Shown piece by piece: positions 43,795 through 53,568 of a stretch of 64,000 nt of DNA. Under the pieces are notes generated by a model, which was not told the DNA's origin, did not search any database, and worked only from the letters and a program-made list of their open reading frames with translations. The first letter of the stretch is position 1, and each line of letters opens with the position of its first letter. Origin of the DNA: a virus; the IMG/VR virus record IMGVR_UViG_3300025012_000003; one strand, given 5' to 3'. The translations under genes and the position numbers were made by a program.

Positions 43795-44481
43795 CTATCT
43801 TAATTTAATAATACTAAGTATCTGATTTCCATTTAAATTTCTATTGTTACTACCATCTGTATGATAAGCATATATCTCCAAAGTATCATTTATATTAACA
43901 TCTATTGGAAAAGATAGTTGTACACAAATAAATCCTCCAGTAGCTCCTCCCCCACTATTTTCTATGGAGTGCATAAGCATACTTCCATTTTTATAAATAA
44001 TTAAATAAAGAAGTCTATCGTTACCAAATCCAGTACCTATAAAATTAGAAGATACTAACACAGTTTGATTAGATAAACTTGTAAATGTGCTATTTGAAAA
44101 TTCAGATAAAGTATCTGAAACTTCTGTCGGAAATAGAACTTTAGTATATACTCCTCCTTGGATACTTTGAGTAGCTGTGTTCTTAGATAATATTTTAGTA
44201 GCAGGTAAAGAATCTATACTAGACCAACTAGTGTTAGTCCCATCAGTTGCTAATAATTTTCCAGTTTGACCAGTTTGAGAAGGTAGCACATTGTTCAAAG
44301 AAGTATTTTTATCAGATACATCACTGAGATTGTTACCCCCAAGAAGTATCTTAGAAAAGATACCACCGAAATTCTTACCCTCTAAGATTCCACTATTACT
44401 TTGAAGAGTTACTTTATTACTGGATTTACCCAACGAAAATATACTTCTAAGAGTGCCTTCTATATTTAGAAAGTCGCTCAT
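43795..44481 (-). CDS. Tail fibre protein with C1q-like head
   Basis: NNLSDV and LPSQTGQTGKLLATDGTNTSW fibre motifs; VNINDTLEIYAYH. Confidence 0.7.
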   Translation of the reverse strand: MSDFLNIEGTLRSIFSLGKSSNKVTLQSNSGILEGKNFGGIFSKILLGGNNLSDVSDKNTSLNNVLPSQTGQTGKLLATDGTNTSWSSIDSLPATKILSKNTATQSIQGGVYTKVLFPTEVSDTLSEFSNSTFTSLSNQTVLVSSNFIGTGFGNDRLLYLIIYKNGSMLMHSIENSGGGATGGFICVQLSFPIDVNINDTLEIYAYHTDGSNNRNLNGNQILSIIKLR

Positions 44482-44538
44482 GTAATCTCCTTTATATATA
44501 CGTTTATGTCAAAATACTATTTTACTCTTAATGATACC

Positions 44539-44567
44539 ATTGTACCATAAGCAAAAGTATTTGTCAA
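44539..44567 (-). promoter_or_regulatory. sigma70 promoter
   Basis: TTGACA-N17-TACAAT. Confidence 0.75.
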
Positions 44568-44571
44568 TACT

Positions 44572-44769
44572 CTAATTAAAAATATCTGTATCATTAATCA
44601 TAGTGTCTATCTCATTGCATAAGTTAAGACCTTCTTCATAGGATTGAGTATCTAATAATCCAACAGTAAACCTAGAAGTATCTTTAAATAATAATTTATA
44701 TCTCCCTGAAAGTTTTGAAGCAATCTTATAAAGTCTTTTTAATTCTAACTCTCTTTTATCCTTTGACAT
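44572..44769 (-). CDS. Hypothetical protein
   Basis: 65 aa ORF. Confidence 0.55.
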   Translation of the reverse strand: MSKDKRELELKRLYKIASKLSGRYKLLFKDTSRFTVGLLDTQSYEEGLNLCNEIDTMINDTDIFN

Positions 44770-44792
44770 ATAATTTCCTTTTAGTTATAAAT

Positions 44793-45488
44793 TTAGTATT
44801 CTATTCCTTTTCTTATAGGTACCGTAGCTAAAGTAGCCCCACAATTAGGGCAATAGTTAGACCTGAACTCAAAACTTCTCTTACAAGTTGAGCAAGTCTT
44901 CTCGAAGTAATGCTTAACACATCTTAAATCAGTCATTAGGTCTGCTATATCTTTTATTTTGTCATAGAGAGGTTCACTCCAAATACGTCCCGTTAGAACT
45001 ATCTCTAGGTCAGGTCTCTCTTCTTTCATAGTTCTTATGAATTCAAAGAATGTTCTTTGGGATATAAGAGATAGATTCAAAGCTCCCAGTATCTCGTCTA
45101 GTACTAACATATTATAAGGTTGAACATACTCTTCTATATGGTCTTGTGCTATTACATTCTTCTTAGTCTTCCCAGCATTGATATCGTCTATCATAGAAAG
45201 CCAAGCTTCCCTTACCAATACTTTATCTTCGTCGTCTTTATTATGTTCTAGTATTACTTTATATGGAACAGTATCATGAGATTGTATTATGGTTATATTA
45301 TTCTTAAACATCCTACAGGATTTTAGTTCCCCATAAACTCTATCTACCGAAGAGTCTCCCTTCATGAACTGAGCTATCAATACATTCCAGTCTTGTCCCA
45401 TAGCTCTCATTACTAAACCAAATGCACTTGTAGTTTTTCCTTTACCACTTCCTGTATATACTTGAATCAATCCTGATTTATTTATCAT
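44793..45488 (-). CDS. btuR: ATP:cob(I)alamin adenosyltransferase (BtuR/CobO/CobA) with zinc-ribbon insertion
   Basis: GLIQVYTGSGKGKTTSAFG, QFMKG, LVLDEI, LTGR, KHYF...RKGIEY. Confidence 0.88.
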   Translation of the reverse strand: MINKSGLIQVYTGSGKGKTTSAFGLVMRAMGQDWNVLIAQFMKGDSSVDRVYGELKSCRMFKNNITIIQSHDTVPYKVILEHNKDDEDKVLVREAWLSMIDDINAGKTKKNVIAQDHIEEYVQPYNMLVLDEILGALNLSLISQRTFFEFIRTMKEERPDLEIVLTGRIWSEPLYDKIKDIADLMTDLRCVKHYFEKTCSTCKRSFEFRSNYCPNCGATLATVPIRKGIEY

Positions 45489-45730
45489 TAATCTTTCGAC
45501 TTCTTTCTTTTCTCTAAACTTTTCTGCATGCTTTTAATTCTAGGATTAGCTTCAAACAACTCACAGAAATCCTGAGTTGGAATCTTTTCCCTAATAGGAA
45601 TACAGTACTCTCCCAGTTGGAGTGCGGATATCAAAGGACACTTAGCTAAGTGTTTACAGAATCTACACTTATCTTCCTCTTCAAAGAATACTATATGACC
45701 TCCGTTACCTTCATCGTAGCTTAGGTACAT
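45488..45730 (-). CDS. Cys-rich hypothetical protein
   Basis: CRFC...CP...C. Confidence 0.6.
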   Translation of the reverse strand: MYLSYDEGNGGHIVFFEEEDKCRFCKHLAKCPLISALQLGEYCIPIREKIPTQDFCELFEANPRIKSMQKSLEKRKKSKD

Positions 45731-45759
45731 AGAACCTCCTTTAATATAAAAGGTAAAAT

Positions 45760-45960
45760 TTAAATCTGAAAATCATTCATATCCACGATGACGACCCCGT
45801 GATATACAATCAAAGACTTAGGATTATCTCCTAGAATACCAGCGTAATCCTGTAATCTATCTGTACTAACTTTTCTTAATAACCATATATAAAAACATAA
45901 AGGCATACATAATAGTATGAATGTCTTTAGCTTTAATAAAAAACTCTTTAACCTATTCAT
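45760..45960 (-). CDS. Small membrane protein
   Basis: 66 aa with TM segment. Confidence 0.5.
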   Translation of the reverse strand: MNRLKSFLLKLKTFILLCMPLCFYIWLLRKVSTDRLQDYAGILGDNPKSLIVYHGVVIVDMNDFQI

Positions 45961-46264
45961 ATCTAGTTCTAATCTCCTCTATTAGTTTCTCCAACTTCAC
46001 TCTTGTTAGAGATTCTTTCTTTAACCTTTTAGCTATTCCTTCTATATTTTTAACTATGCTTATAAATAACAACATATTATTATTTATTGGTTTTTTGTTA
46101 CATAGCACATCTAGGAAAGCATCCGTTAAATAATAATGCTTCTTTCCTCCCCTACTTATGAATACCTTATCATAGTCATCTAACTTTAACATATACCCAT
46201 CTGGTAACATTATGTGAGGTATCTCTCCTCGTCTTAAAGCTTTTAAGTCTTTACGATTTATCAC
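45953..46264 (-). CDS. Hypothetical protein
   Basis: 103 aa ORF. Confidence 0.6.
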   Translation of the reverse strand: MINRKDLKALRRGEIPHIMLPDGYMLKLDDYDKVFISRGGKKHYYLTDAFLDVLCNKKPINNNMLLFISIVKNIEGIAKRLKKESLTRVKLEKLIEEIRTRYE

Positions 46265-46527
46265 TACTCTTCATCCTGCTCTAATTTTAATCTAATAAGA
46301 ATTAATGCTTCTTCTTCATCCACATCCTCGAATGAATTAGCCTTCTTCCAATTGGATTTAAAATAGCAGAGCCAATCTACCTGATGTCTACAAAATATAT
46401 TCCTCTTAGGAATATAGAATAAATGTTCCTCGTAATCCGTTTCTCCCAACAGATTAACATCTTCGTCCAGCAAGTATGATTTACCCGCTTTAATTTCCTC
46501 TAGGATTTCTTCAGGATTTAAAACCAT
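46264..46527 (-). CDS. Hypothetical protein
   Basis: 87 aa ORF. Confidence 0.6.
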   Translation of the reverse strand: MVLNPEEILEEIKAGKSYLLDEDVNLLGETDYEEHLFYIPKRNIFCRHQVDWLCYFKSNWKKANSFEDVDEEEALILIRLKLEQDEE

Positions 46528-46560
46528 TCATCTCTCCCACTTAACAAGATATCTTAAAAC

Positions 46561-46875
46561 TTAGTGTTCGCTATATAGCATTTCAAAAAGGTCGTCTACT
46601 TCCTTATCAGATTCTAAACATTTATTAAATAGATTTACGTTATCCATTCTATTTGTCAACAAGTGCATTAAGAAACCTAACCTAGATTCATCTCCAGAAA
46701 AAATTGTTTCCATCTTAAAATTTTCTAAGCTACTGGGTTCTTTTCTAGTAACATGAACCGATGTCCTACTGTGCCATCTTAGCACCTCAAAGTTAATATC
46801 TAACTCCTTACAAAGTTCAATAGCATAATAGTATTCATATTCATCATCTAAACATAAAACTGTTTCTTTTATCAT
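46561..46875 (-). CDS. Hypothetical protein
   Basis: 104 aa, own promoter. Confidence 0.6.
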   Translation of the reverse strand: MIKETVLCLDDEYEYYYAIELCKELDINFEVLRWHSRTSVHVTRKEPSSLENFKMETIFSGDESRLGFLMHLLTNRMDNVNLFNKCLESDKEVDDLFEMLYSEH

Positions 46876-46904
46876 AGTATCCCTTCAGACAACTTAGTAC
46901 TCTG

Positions 46905-46933
46905 ATTATACCATTTCTCAATATAAATGTCAA
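46905..46933 (-). promoter_or_regulatory. Consensus sigma70 promoter
   Basis: TTGACA-N17-TATAAT. Confidence 0.8.
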
Positions 46934-46941
46934 TATACTTT

Positions 46942-47823
46942 TTAAAAACGTAGTCCTAATTGTTCATGTATAAGTTTTAAATATTCCATGGAAGCTTCTG
47001 GAGTTTCTAACTCTTGAAGAATCTTAAGAGTACTTATACTTTCAGAAGGATTCCTTTTCTTAAAGTTAGATATTAGATTGTCCAAGTTAGACAAATCACA
47101 AATCTTATTGATAACTCTGTCCATATTATTATAGGCTTCTGGAATGAATACTTCTTTAGCTGGGACTACCTTCAACTGATTTAAAGATACAACTCCTTTA
47201 TCGATAATGGCATAGGTTATGATATCCCTTACTAGATTATAACCATCTGCTGTATTCCTCATGAAAGAACCCATACGATACACATTAGTAGTTTCCGTTA
47301 CTATGGTTGAGTATGGGGAGTGGTCGTGCCCTAAGAAAACATATTGATAGCTTTTTAAATCAGACATAGATAAACTTTCTTTAGGAGCTAAGTTATTATC
47401 CAAATAGAAATGTCCTAATAATATATTTGATTTTTTCTCGGGTAGTTTTAATTCTGGAACTACTGAAGCAACATCGTAAGATACCCCCTCTAGTTCAAAA
47501 GATTCTAAATGTAAATCTATCACATCCGAATTCATAAGAGTTCCCATGTCAGTCTTATCTAGGTTAAGGGTTCTATAGGAAGCATCATGGTTTCCTAATA
47601 TAGAGTGTAGTCTTCCCTTATAGGGTTTAAGTCTTTTAATTAACTTATTACAGTACTCAGTAGACACAGAAGAACTATGAAACAAGTCTCCGAGTATTAT
47701 TACATATTTATATAATTTTAATACAGATTCCAACTTATCTATACAAGTAGTAGGATAATCATCCATTCTACTTTTAGGTTTAGTGTCGGAGGCATGAAGG
47801 TCTCCTATTATAGCTGTTACCAT
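46942..47823 (-). CDS. sbcD: SbcD/Mre11-like nuclease
   Basis: GDLH, GDLF, GNHD, GHF, LGHDH metallophosphoesterase motifs. Confidence 0.85.
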   Translation of the reverse strand: MVTAIIGDLHASDTKPKSRMDDYPTTCIDKLESVLKLYKYVIILGDLFHSSSVSTEYCNKLIKRLKPYKGRLHSILGNHDASYRTLNLDKTDMGTLMNSDVIDLHLESFELEGVSYDVASVVPELKLPEKKSNILLGHFYLDNNLAPKESLSMSDLKSYQYVFLGHDHSPYSTIVTETTNVYRMGSFMRNTADGYNLVRDIITYAIIDKGVVSLNQLKVVPAKEVFIPEAYNNMDRVINKICDLSNLDNLISNFKKRNPSESISTLKILQELETPEASMEYLKLIHEQLGLRF

Positions 47824-48182
47824 TATTCCTCCATTAAATCTTTTACGCTGTTAGTTATGTCTGTTATCGTTGCTCTAAATAAATATCTTCTCTTCTTATT
47901 CACTTTGTTATAACTGTGTAAGTAATTAAGTTCTATCCATAAAGAGTCTAACAATTCTAAGTTACTTGGGTTAAACAGAAACTTATTACAATATTCAGCT
48001 ATCTCTATTAACTGTTGTTTATCTGCTAAACATAATTCTTCAAAGTATGTTTCATTTAAACTGGATAACTTTTCTTTAATACAAACTATCTTATGTCTGT
48101 AATCAAGCATTAGAAACCTCTTCAACTCGACCATCACTAATTCTATAAATCTTATTTGCGTATTGAAGAAAACGAACATCAT
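47823..48182 (-). CDS. Hypothetical protein
   Basis: Fills the gap between the sbcC C-half and sbcD; start uncertain. Confidence 0.5.
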   Translation of the reverse strand: MMFVFFNTQIRFIELVMVELKRFLMLDYRHKIVCIKEKLSSLNETYFEELCLADKQQLIEIAEYCNKFLFNPSNLELLDSLWIELNYLHSYNKVNKKRRYLFRATITDITNSVKDLMEE

Positions 48183-48726
48183 GGGTTACTATGGATATTC
48201 TTAATCCTTTCTCCTGACATATCCTATTCAGAAAAGTAAAGAAGTTAGGGAGATACTCTGTAGATATATAAGAGTATTTCTCGTCTACCTCTAAGAACTC
48301 TTTACCTTTATTTACTAAAGCAAAAATATTAAGTATGGCGGAGATAACAGACCTAACACCATTACCGCATCCATTCTTAAGAGATACTTCAAAATCATTA
48401 TCTAAATCTTTAAGTTTAAAAGATAATCCCTTTGTCCCTCTTTTATCTTCTAGTTCTATTGCTATCTCATAGTTCTTATCATAAAATATAAATCTAAGAG
48501 CAGAATTAATAAGTTCCTTCAAGAACCCTATGCTTTTATCATATAAGATATCTTGACTCTTCTTATAATAAATAGCAGATTCTTTAATTGTTTCTAAGTC
48601 TCGAGTCTCTTCTTCTATTTCCTTATTAACCGATAAAATAATATTCTCTATATTACTTACTCTGGCTTTAATAGATTCGTACCTACGAATCCTATAGTCA
48701 AGAGACAAAGATATATTATTATCCAT
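48103..48726 (-). CDS. sbcC: SbcC/Rad50 C-terminal half
   Basis: Coiled coil, signature-like GCGNG, Walker B EVDE, VTHD. Confidence 0.8.
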   Translation of the reverse strand: MDNNISLSLDYRIRRYESIKARVSNIENIILSVNKEIEEETRDLETIKESAIYYKKSQDILYDKSIGFLKELINSALRFIFYDKNYEIAIELEDKRGTKGLSFKLKDLDNDFEVSLKNGCGNGVRSVISAILNIFALVNKGKEFLEVDEKYSYISTEYLPNFFTFLNRICQEKGLRISIVTHDVRFLQYANKIYRISDGRVEEVSNA

Positions 48727-48727
48727 A

Positions 48728-48994
48728 TTAAATATTGTCCTCTATCTCTTTAAGTTGAGGTTCCGAGGAAGCCAGATATTCTTGAACTTGGTCTAAGAAA
48801 GATTCCACCTCTGGTTTTTTACTATCCCTAAGAGCTACTACTTTCTTCCAATCTTTTAAATCATCAAAGTTATATTTCTTTACAAGACTACTTGCTTCTT
48901 TAACTTTCATATTCTTTACAGCTTCTACTTTTGATTGTCTCAATTGAAAAGCTTCATAGTTCTTTTTAATTTCTTCTGCTTGTCTGATATCCAT
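48728..48994 (-). CDS. Small coiled-coil protein within the sbcCD operon
   Basis: 88 aa helical. Confidence 0.65.
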   Translation of the reverse strand: MDIRQAEEIKKNYEAFQLRQSKVEAVKNMKVKEASSLVKKYNFDDLKDWKKVVALRDSKKPEVESFLDQVQEYLASSEPQLKEIEDNI

Positions 48995-50110
48995 TTATAT
49001 TTTCTCCTTTATTGTTTGTCCACATAGAGGACAGGTCTCCATTGAATCCAGTTGTTCTTTTAATTCTATTAGGTTCTTTTGAATCTCTTTCTCCTCTTCA
49101 GACATATCTCTTACTTCTTTTAAAATACTTATTAGGTTTTCACAATCCTTATCAAGTTCTTGATATTGTCTAATGATATTGAAATCAAACTTAGGGTCTT
49201 CTGGAATATCTATAGATAAAGATTTAAATAAATCTACTAACTTATTAGTATCTTTATCCAACTCAGTATATTCGCTGACAATACTAAAATCAAATTCTTT
49301 ATAAAGTACTTCTCTATTCACTATCAATATACAATCTTCTAAGAGACTAACATCCTTATCCAATTCAGTATACTTATTGATAATACTAAAATCAAATTCC
49401 TCTCTTTTAATCTTAGATATATCTGATATGATTCTAAGACATGCTAGAATATTATTACAATCATTATCTAGTCCCTGATATTCTTGAAGCATAAATTGTA
49501 GTTTATCTCTCATAGCCGATAAATCCTTTTCACTATAAGAGTTTATGAAAGAGTTTATTTTACTAAGTCTATCTTCGTTTATAATAAGCTTACTATTCAT
49601 GTCGGCTATCTTACGTTTAGTTTCTGACTCATCTTCTTTTATTTTTTTCATTACAGCCGTGGAGTCGTTTTCATTCATAGCAAAAATGTCTTCAAACAAT
49701 TTATATACTTGAGAGTCCGTTCTATCAAAAGGAAATAAAGAAGACCACTCATCTTGTATATTCACTATACTTCCATCCTCATCAAGATAGAAATCATTGT
49801 CTGGGACTAATTCAAATAAATCTGTCCTTCCTACTTTTTGATGAGCTACCCCATCTATTTCATAAGTAGATTCTTTAGGAGTTCTAGTCCACTTAACTTT
49901 CATTCTGTCTGTCTCTATCTCCACCTCAGCTTTATCTTTCCCATGTTTAATAAAAGATTTAGCTTCGGGAGGATTCTTTAGTAAAGAATAGATAGCTCTT
50001 ATAGTAGATGTCTTTCCAGAGTTAGAAGGTCCTATGATAGCAGTGATGCCAATAGGAAATTCTAATTCCGCTTCAGAAATAAGCTGAAAGTTTTTTATTT
50101 TTAATTTCAT
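48995..50110 (-). CDS. sbcC: SbcC/Rad50 N-terminal half
   Basis: KIKNFQ, Walker A GPSNSGKT, coiled coil, terminal CPLC hook. Confidence 0.85.
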   Translation of the reverse strand: MKLKIKNFQLISEAELEFPIGITAIIGPSNSGKTSTIRAIYSLLKNPPEAKSFIKHGKDKAEVEIETDRMKVKWTRTPKESTYEIDGVAHQKVGRTDLFELVPDNDFYLDEDGSIVNIQDEWSSLFPFDRTDSQVYKLFEDIFAMNENDSTAVMKKIKEDESETKRKIADMNSKLIINEDRLSKINSFINSYSEKDLSAMRDKLQFMLQEYQGLDNDCNNILACLRIISDISKIKREEFDFSIINKYTELDKDVSLLEDCILIVNREVLYKEFDFSIVSEYTELDKDTNKLVDLFKSLSIDIPEDPKFDFNIIRQYQELDKDCENLISILKEVRDMSEEEKEIQKNLIELKEQLDSMETCPLCGQTIKEKI

Positions 50111-50160
50111 ATATCTTTCCTAATTACAATAGTATAATTAATATTATATCACATCTTAAT

Positions 50161-50190
50161 AAAAAAAGCTAGAGGTTTTCTCTAGCTTCT
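50161..50190 (-). terminator. Intrinsic terminator
   Basis: AAGCTAGAG/CTCTAGCTT + T7. Confidence 0.75.
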
Positions 50191-50207
50191 AAAAATTTTA
50201 ATATAAA

Positions 50208-50432
50208 TTATTCTTCGGGTATCTTTATAAATGGAGTTTCTTTAGCAACCTTAAGAATGTAATCCTTAAGTTCCTGTTCGTCTATTCCTCCATTTAAAGC
50301 TTTCTCTATCATGTAAGATACCAGTAAAGCATCGGCTTGGTCATATACCTCAGCTACTATTTCGTCCACTCCGTCTTTTGTTACAACTAATTTGTAGTTC
50401 TTTTTGAATTGTATTATCCTTACTTTACTCAT
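50208..50432 (-). CDS. Hypothetical protein
   Basis: 74 aa coupled to recA. Confidence 0.6.
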   Translation of the reverse strand: MSKVRIIQFKKNYKLVVTKDGVDEIVAEVYDQADALLVSYMIEKALNGGIDEQELKDYILKVAKETPFIKIPEE

Positions 50433-51546
50433 CTTCTTCTATTATATCCTCCTCTGTTTTCTCATGTACTAATGTATAAGCTCCGTCATTCTTCAGGAAC
50501 TCATCCAACTCTGCAAAATTATCTTTAACCCATTTGTATAAAGACTTTATACCACAGAGACTCCACTCTCCTCCTGCTGGATTAGGTATAATTTCAGTTT
50601 TCCAATAAGACCCTGCTGACTTAATATACCCCTTACTCTTTAATAAATCAACTAAGAAGTATATATTAGATACTCCCTTAGTAAAAATAAGAGGGAATAC
50701 TATTGGAATCTTAGAAAATCCCTTTCTATTCTTATCTGCCTTAGCAGAGATATAACATCCTACAGGAACATCCTTCTCTCCCTCTAGGGTTACTCTCTTC
50801 TCTAGCATGTCAGCTCCGCCATTCCTACCGCTATCCTTCTTTAAAGATATAATAACGTCTGGCTGATAATGTAAAGCTTTACATCCTGCCGATTTAGTTT
50901 TCTTATCATAAGGACCTTTAGCTTCTATGTTAGCTCTCTCTTGGTTTACTAATAAGGTTGTGATACCCGCTTTCCTTAGTAGCACTCTAAACTTCTGTAA
51001 AAAAGATGTCATAGCCTTAGCTTGTCCACACATCATGGGGTCTATTACTGACCTAGTTAATACAGAATCATCTAACACATTAGTAATACTATCTATAATA
51101 ACTACATCGTAAGCAGGGACATCTTGTTTAACTAATCCCTCTAATATCTTCTCGAGATGCCCCACCGTTTGTAACTCGTCCACAAAATTGAATAGTCCTT
51201 TATCTATAAAGGGTAACATGCCCTGAGACTCAATCATGTTAGCTAAACCAGCTTCAACATCTATGAATAAAACTTTTTTACCATATTGTTCCATGAGTCT
51301 TCTAGCCATGTGTAAGACTAAAGTAGTCTTACCTAATCCTTCTGGGGAATATATCATAATCATATCCCCTTCTCTAATGCCCCCAGATAATAATATATCC
51401 ATTGGTATAATACCTGTAGGAATTACTTCATCCTCTCTAGCTTCAGCATTAACGTATTTCTTTAAGAAGTCATCAAAAGATAACTTCATATTTATTCCTG
51501 CTAAGTCAGTGTCTTCTTTTTTCTTGGCTGGTTTCTTTGGTGCCAT
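50425..51546 (-). CDS. recA: RecA/UvsX-like recombinase
   Basis: IPTG..DILLSGG, Walker A SPEGLGKT, IIDSI, VNQER, G.KAL. Confidence 0.9.
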   Translation of the reverse strand: MAPKKPAKKKEDTDLAGINMKLSFDDFLKKYVNAEAREDEVIPTGIIPMDILLSGGIREGDMIMIYSPEGLGKTTLVLHMARRLMEQYGKKVLFIDVEAGLANMIESQGMLPFIDKGLFNFVDELQTVGHLEKILEGLVKQDVPAYDVVIIDSITNVLDDSVLTRSVIDPMMCGQAKAMTSFLQKFRVLLRKAGITTLLVNQERANIEAKGPYDKKTKSAGCKALHYQPDVIISLKKDSGRNGGADMLEKRVTLEGEKDVPVGCYISAKADKNRKGFSKIPIVFPLIFTKGVSNIYFLVDLLKSKGYIKSAGSYWKTEIIPNPAGGEWSLCGIKSLYKWVKDNFAELDEFLKNDGAYTLVHEKTEEDIIEEDE

Positions 51547-51566
51547 CTTATATATCCTCCCGTTAG

Positions 51567-52118
51567 TTACGATACACTTGTTGCGAAGTCTATAGCCATC
51601 TGCTTACAATCTTCTAATGTGTTGGCTATCCATTCCCCTCTTCCTCTTTTATAACAAGGACAATTATCTTCATTACATTCTATTCTAGTATCTCTACACA
51701 ATAATCTACTTGTTCCATCATCTATACCATAATCTTCTACTAAATCAGAACAAGCTCCCCAAACACTTCCGTATCTATAATCTTCAAAATTATCTGGTAC
51801 GTAGTGAGCATCACCTTTCTTACAAGTGGAACCTATCCCAAATCCAAAGATAGCCCGATGACTCCAACCGTACCACTTTTGTTCTTTAGTAGAGAAACCA
51901 ATACTACAAACTTTGTTCTCTGGCTTAGATGTTTGAAATTCAGAATCTATAGAATACTTTTCCATCCTAATAGATAACTCTACAGCATCATCTATGTACT
52001 TACCTTCTTTGTTGTAAGCCCATACCATTATAATATCCTTGCATCCTTCTACGGAACATTTAACTAATCGGATATCAAAGTTATCAAATTCTATTATTCT
52101 TATTAATTCTTCTTCCAT
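51567..52118 (-). CDS. Conserved large-phage hypothetical protein
   Basis: SIGFS..EQKWYGWSHRAIFGFGIG. Confidence 0.7.
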   Translation of the reverse strand: MEEELIRIIEFDNFDIRLVKCSVEGCKDIIMVWAYNKEGKYIDDAVELSIRMEKYSIDSEFQTSKPENKVCSIGFSTKEQKWYGWSHRAIFGFGIGSTCKKGDAHYVPDNFEDYRYGSVWGACSDLVEDYGIDDGTSRLLCRDTRIECNEDNCPCYKRGRGEWIANTLEDCKQMAIDFATSVS

Positions 52119-52618
52119 ACATATTGTTCCCCATAATGAGCCAGAAGCAATGCTTCTGCCTTACCATCATCTTTTCTAAGTTTAATATACTTGGATGATT
52201 CAGGATATAATTTTAATACGGTATCTATTGATTTATATTTATCGTGGTCTAACACCATCTTTGCTTTCCACACGGAAGAACGAACTTCGTGGTACTCTAT
52301 GTTCAAACTAGAAAGTACCCCTAGGTATGCTCCATAACCTTCTGCATATACGAAGACCGAAGATACCCCCTGTTTTGGCATTGCTTGACTATGCTCTATA
52401 ACACACTTAGCCTTACCACGATACTTCTCAAGAGCCAAGTAGATACCTCTAGGGTCTACTCTAGTCTTTGTCTCTGGAACTCTTTTCATATTAACCACTT
52501 TAGTTTTACCAGTTTTAATCTCCAACAAAGGGCAACTGATAATCTCTACCAGTTTCCCTTTATTAGTGATAGCCATACTTCCAGTAAAGCCTGGGTCGAT
52601 ACCAATAAGATAAGTCAT
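52103..52618 (-). CDS. RuvC-like Holliday junction resolvase
   Basis: IGIDPG, VIE, DGKAEALLLA. Confidence 0.85.
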   Translation of the reverse strand: MTYLIGIDPGFTGSMAITNKGKLVEIISCPLLEIKTGKTKVVNMKRVPETKTRVDPRGIYLALEKYRGKAKCVIEHSQAMPKQGVSSVFVYAEGYGAYLGVLSSLNIEYHEVRSSVWKAKMVLDHDKYKSIDTVLKLYPESSKYIKLRKDDGKAEALLLAHYGEQYVWKKN

Positions 52619-52624
52619 ATAATC

Positions 52625-53563
52625 CTATTCAGTATAAAAATCATCTACGTCTTGAATAATCTCAGACAAGTCAAGACCCTCTAGCTCAGTAGAGCTAGGT
52701 AATTGTATTGTTTGTACGGGTGCCTGTACTGGAGTAACCACTGGGGCTGGTTGTGGTAGTGGGGCTAGACTTACAGGAGGAACTACTACCTGTTGTGGAG
52801 GTAGGGATAATCCTACAACTCCAGCTACCGTTTGTTGTTGCTGTACTTGAGGTTGAGCCACTGGTTGGGGTAATGCTTCTAGCTGAGGAGATGCTAAAGT
52901 CTCCTGAGACTTAGAAACATTTTGTAAGATAGCATTTTTTAATTTGTCCCCATTTAAATCTTTACCTAAAGAAGGTCTAATTAATTCTCTATAACTAATC
53001 AAAAAGTTCTTAGCCTGTTCTACTAATTGAGGATTCTTTGTTATATCAAATCCTCCTTTAACTTTAATCTTAGGAGAAACTCTTTTAAACCTACCTTCTC
53101 CTTCCGAAGTTCCTTTAATACGAAGTATTTTAGAAGGAATAGTAATTGGGTCTACTTCACTATCTTCAAATTCATCGAGTAATGCTTTGTAATCTTTTTC
53201 TGTTAATTCTAATCTTACAAAAGATACAGGTAACTGAAAGTTATTTTTATCTACTGTGGTAAAAACCATTGCAGGTAACACATACTTACTAGACGGATAA
53301 GACTTTGTGGTTTCTTCACTTAATACTTCTTGACTTATCAAGTCTTCTAACACTTTGCAACAATCTCCCTTGATACGTATTCCATCATCATCGGTTGATG
53401 AAGTACAATGAATAGAGCCAACTCCCTTTACAAAGTGTGTCTTAGGATTCAAAAAGAAATCTTCGTCTACACTAAGTATGTTCACAAATTTAATTTCATC
53501 GTCCACCAAAGTCATCTTCTTAATAATGTTAGATTGTTTTGGTGCTTCTCCAAATTTTACCAT
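52625..53563 (-). CDS. Putative single-stranded DNA-binding protein
   Basis: Position in the recombination module, H..C Zn-like motif, Q/P-rich linker, acidic tail DVDDFYTE. Confidence 0.55.
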   Translation of the reverse strand: MVKFGEAPKQSNIIKKMTLVDDEIKFVNILSVDEDFFLNPKTHFVKGVGSIHCTSSTDDDGIRIKGDCCKVLEDLISQEVLSEETTKSYPSSKYVLPAMVFTTVDKNNFQLPVSFVRLELTEKDYKALLDEFEDSEVDPITIPSKILRIKGTSEGEGRFKRVSPKIKVKGGFDITKNPQLVEQAKNFLISYRELIRPSLGKDLNGDKLKNAILQNVSKSQETLASPQLEALPQPVAQPQVQQQQTVAGVVGLSLPPQQVVVPPVSLAPLPQPAPVVTPVQAPVQTIQLPSSTELEGLDLSEIIQDVDDFYTE

Positions 53564-53568
53564 TCTGT

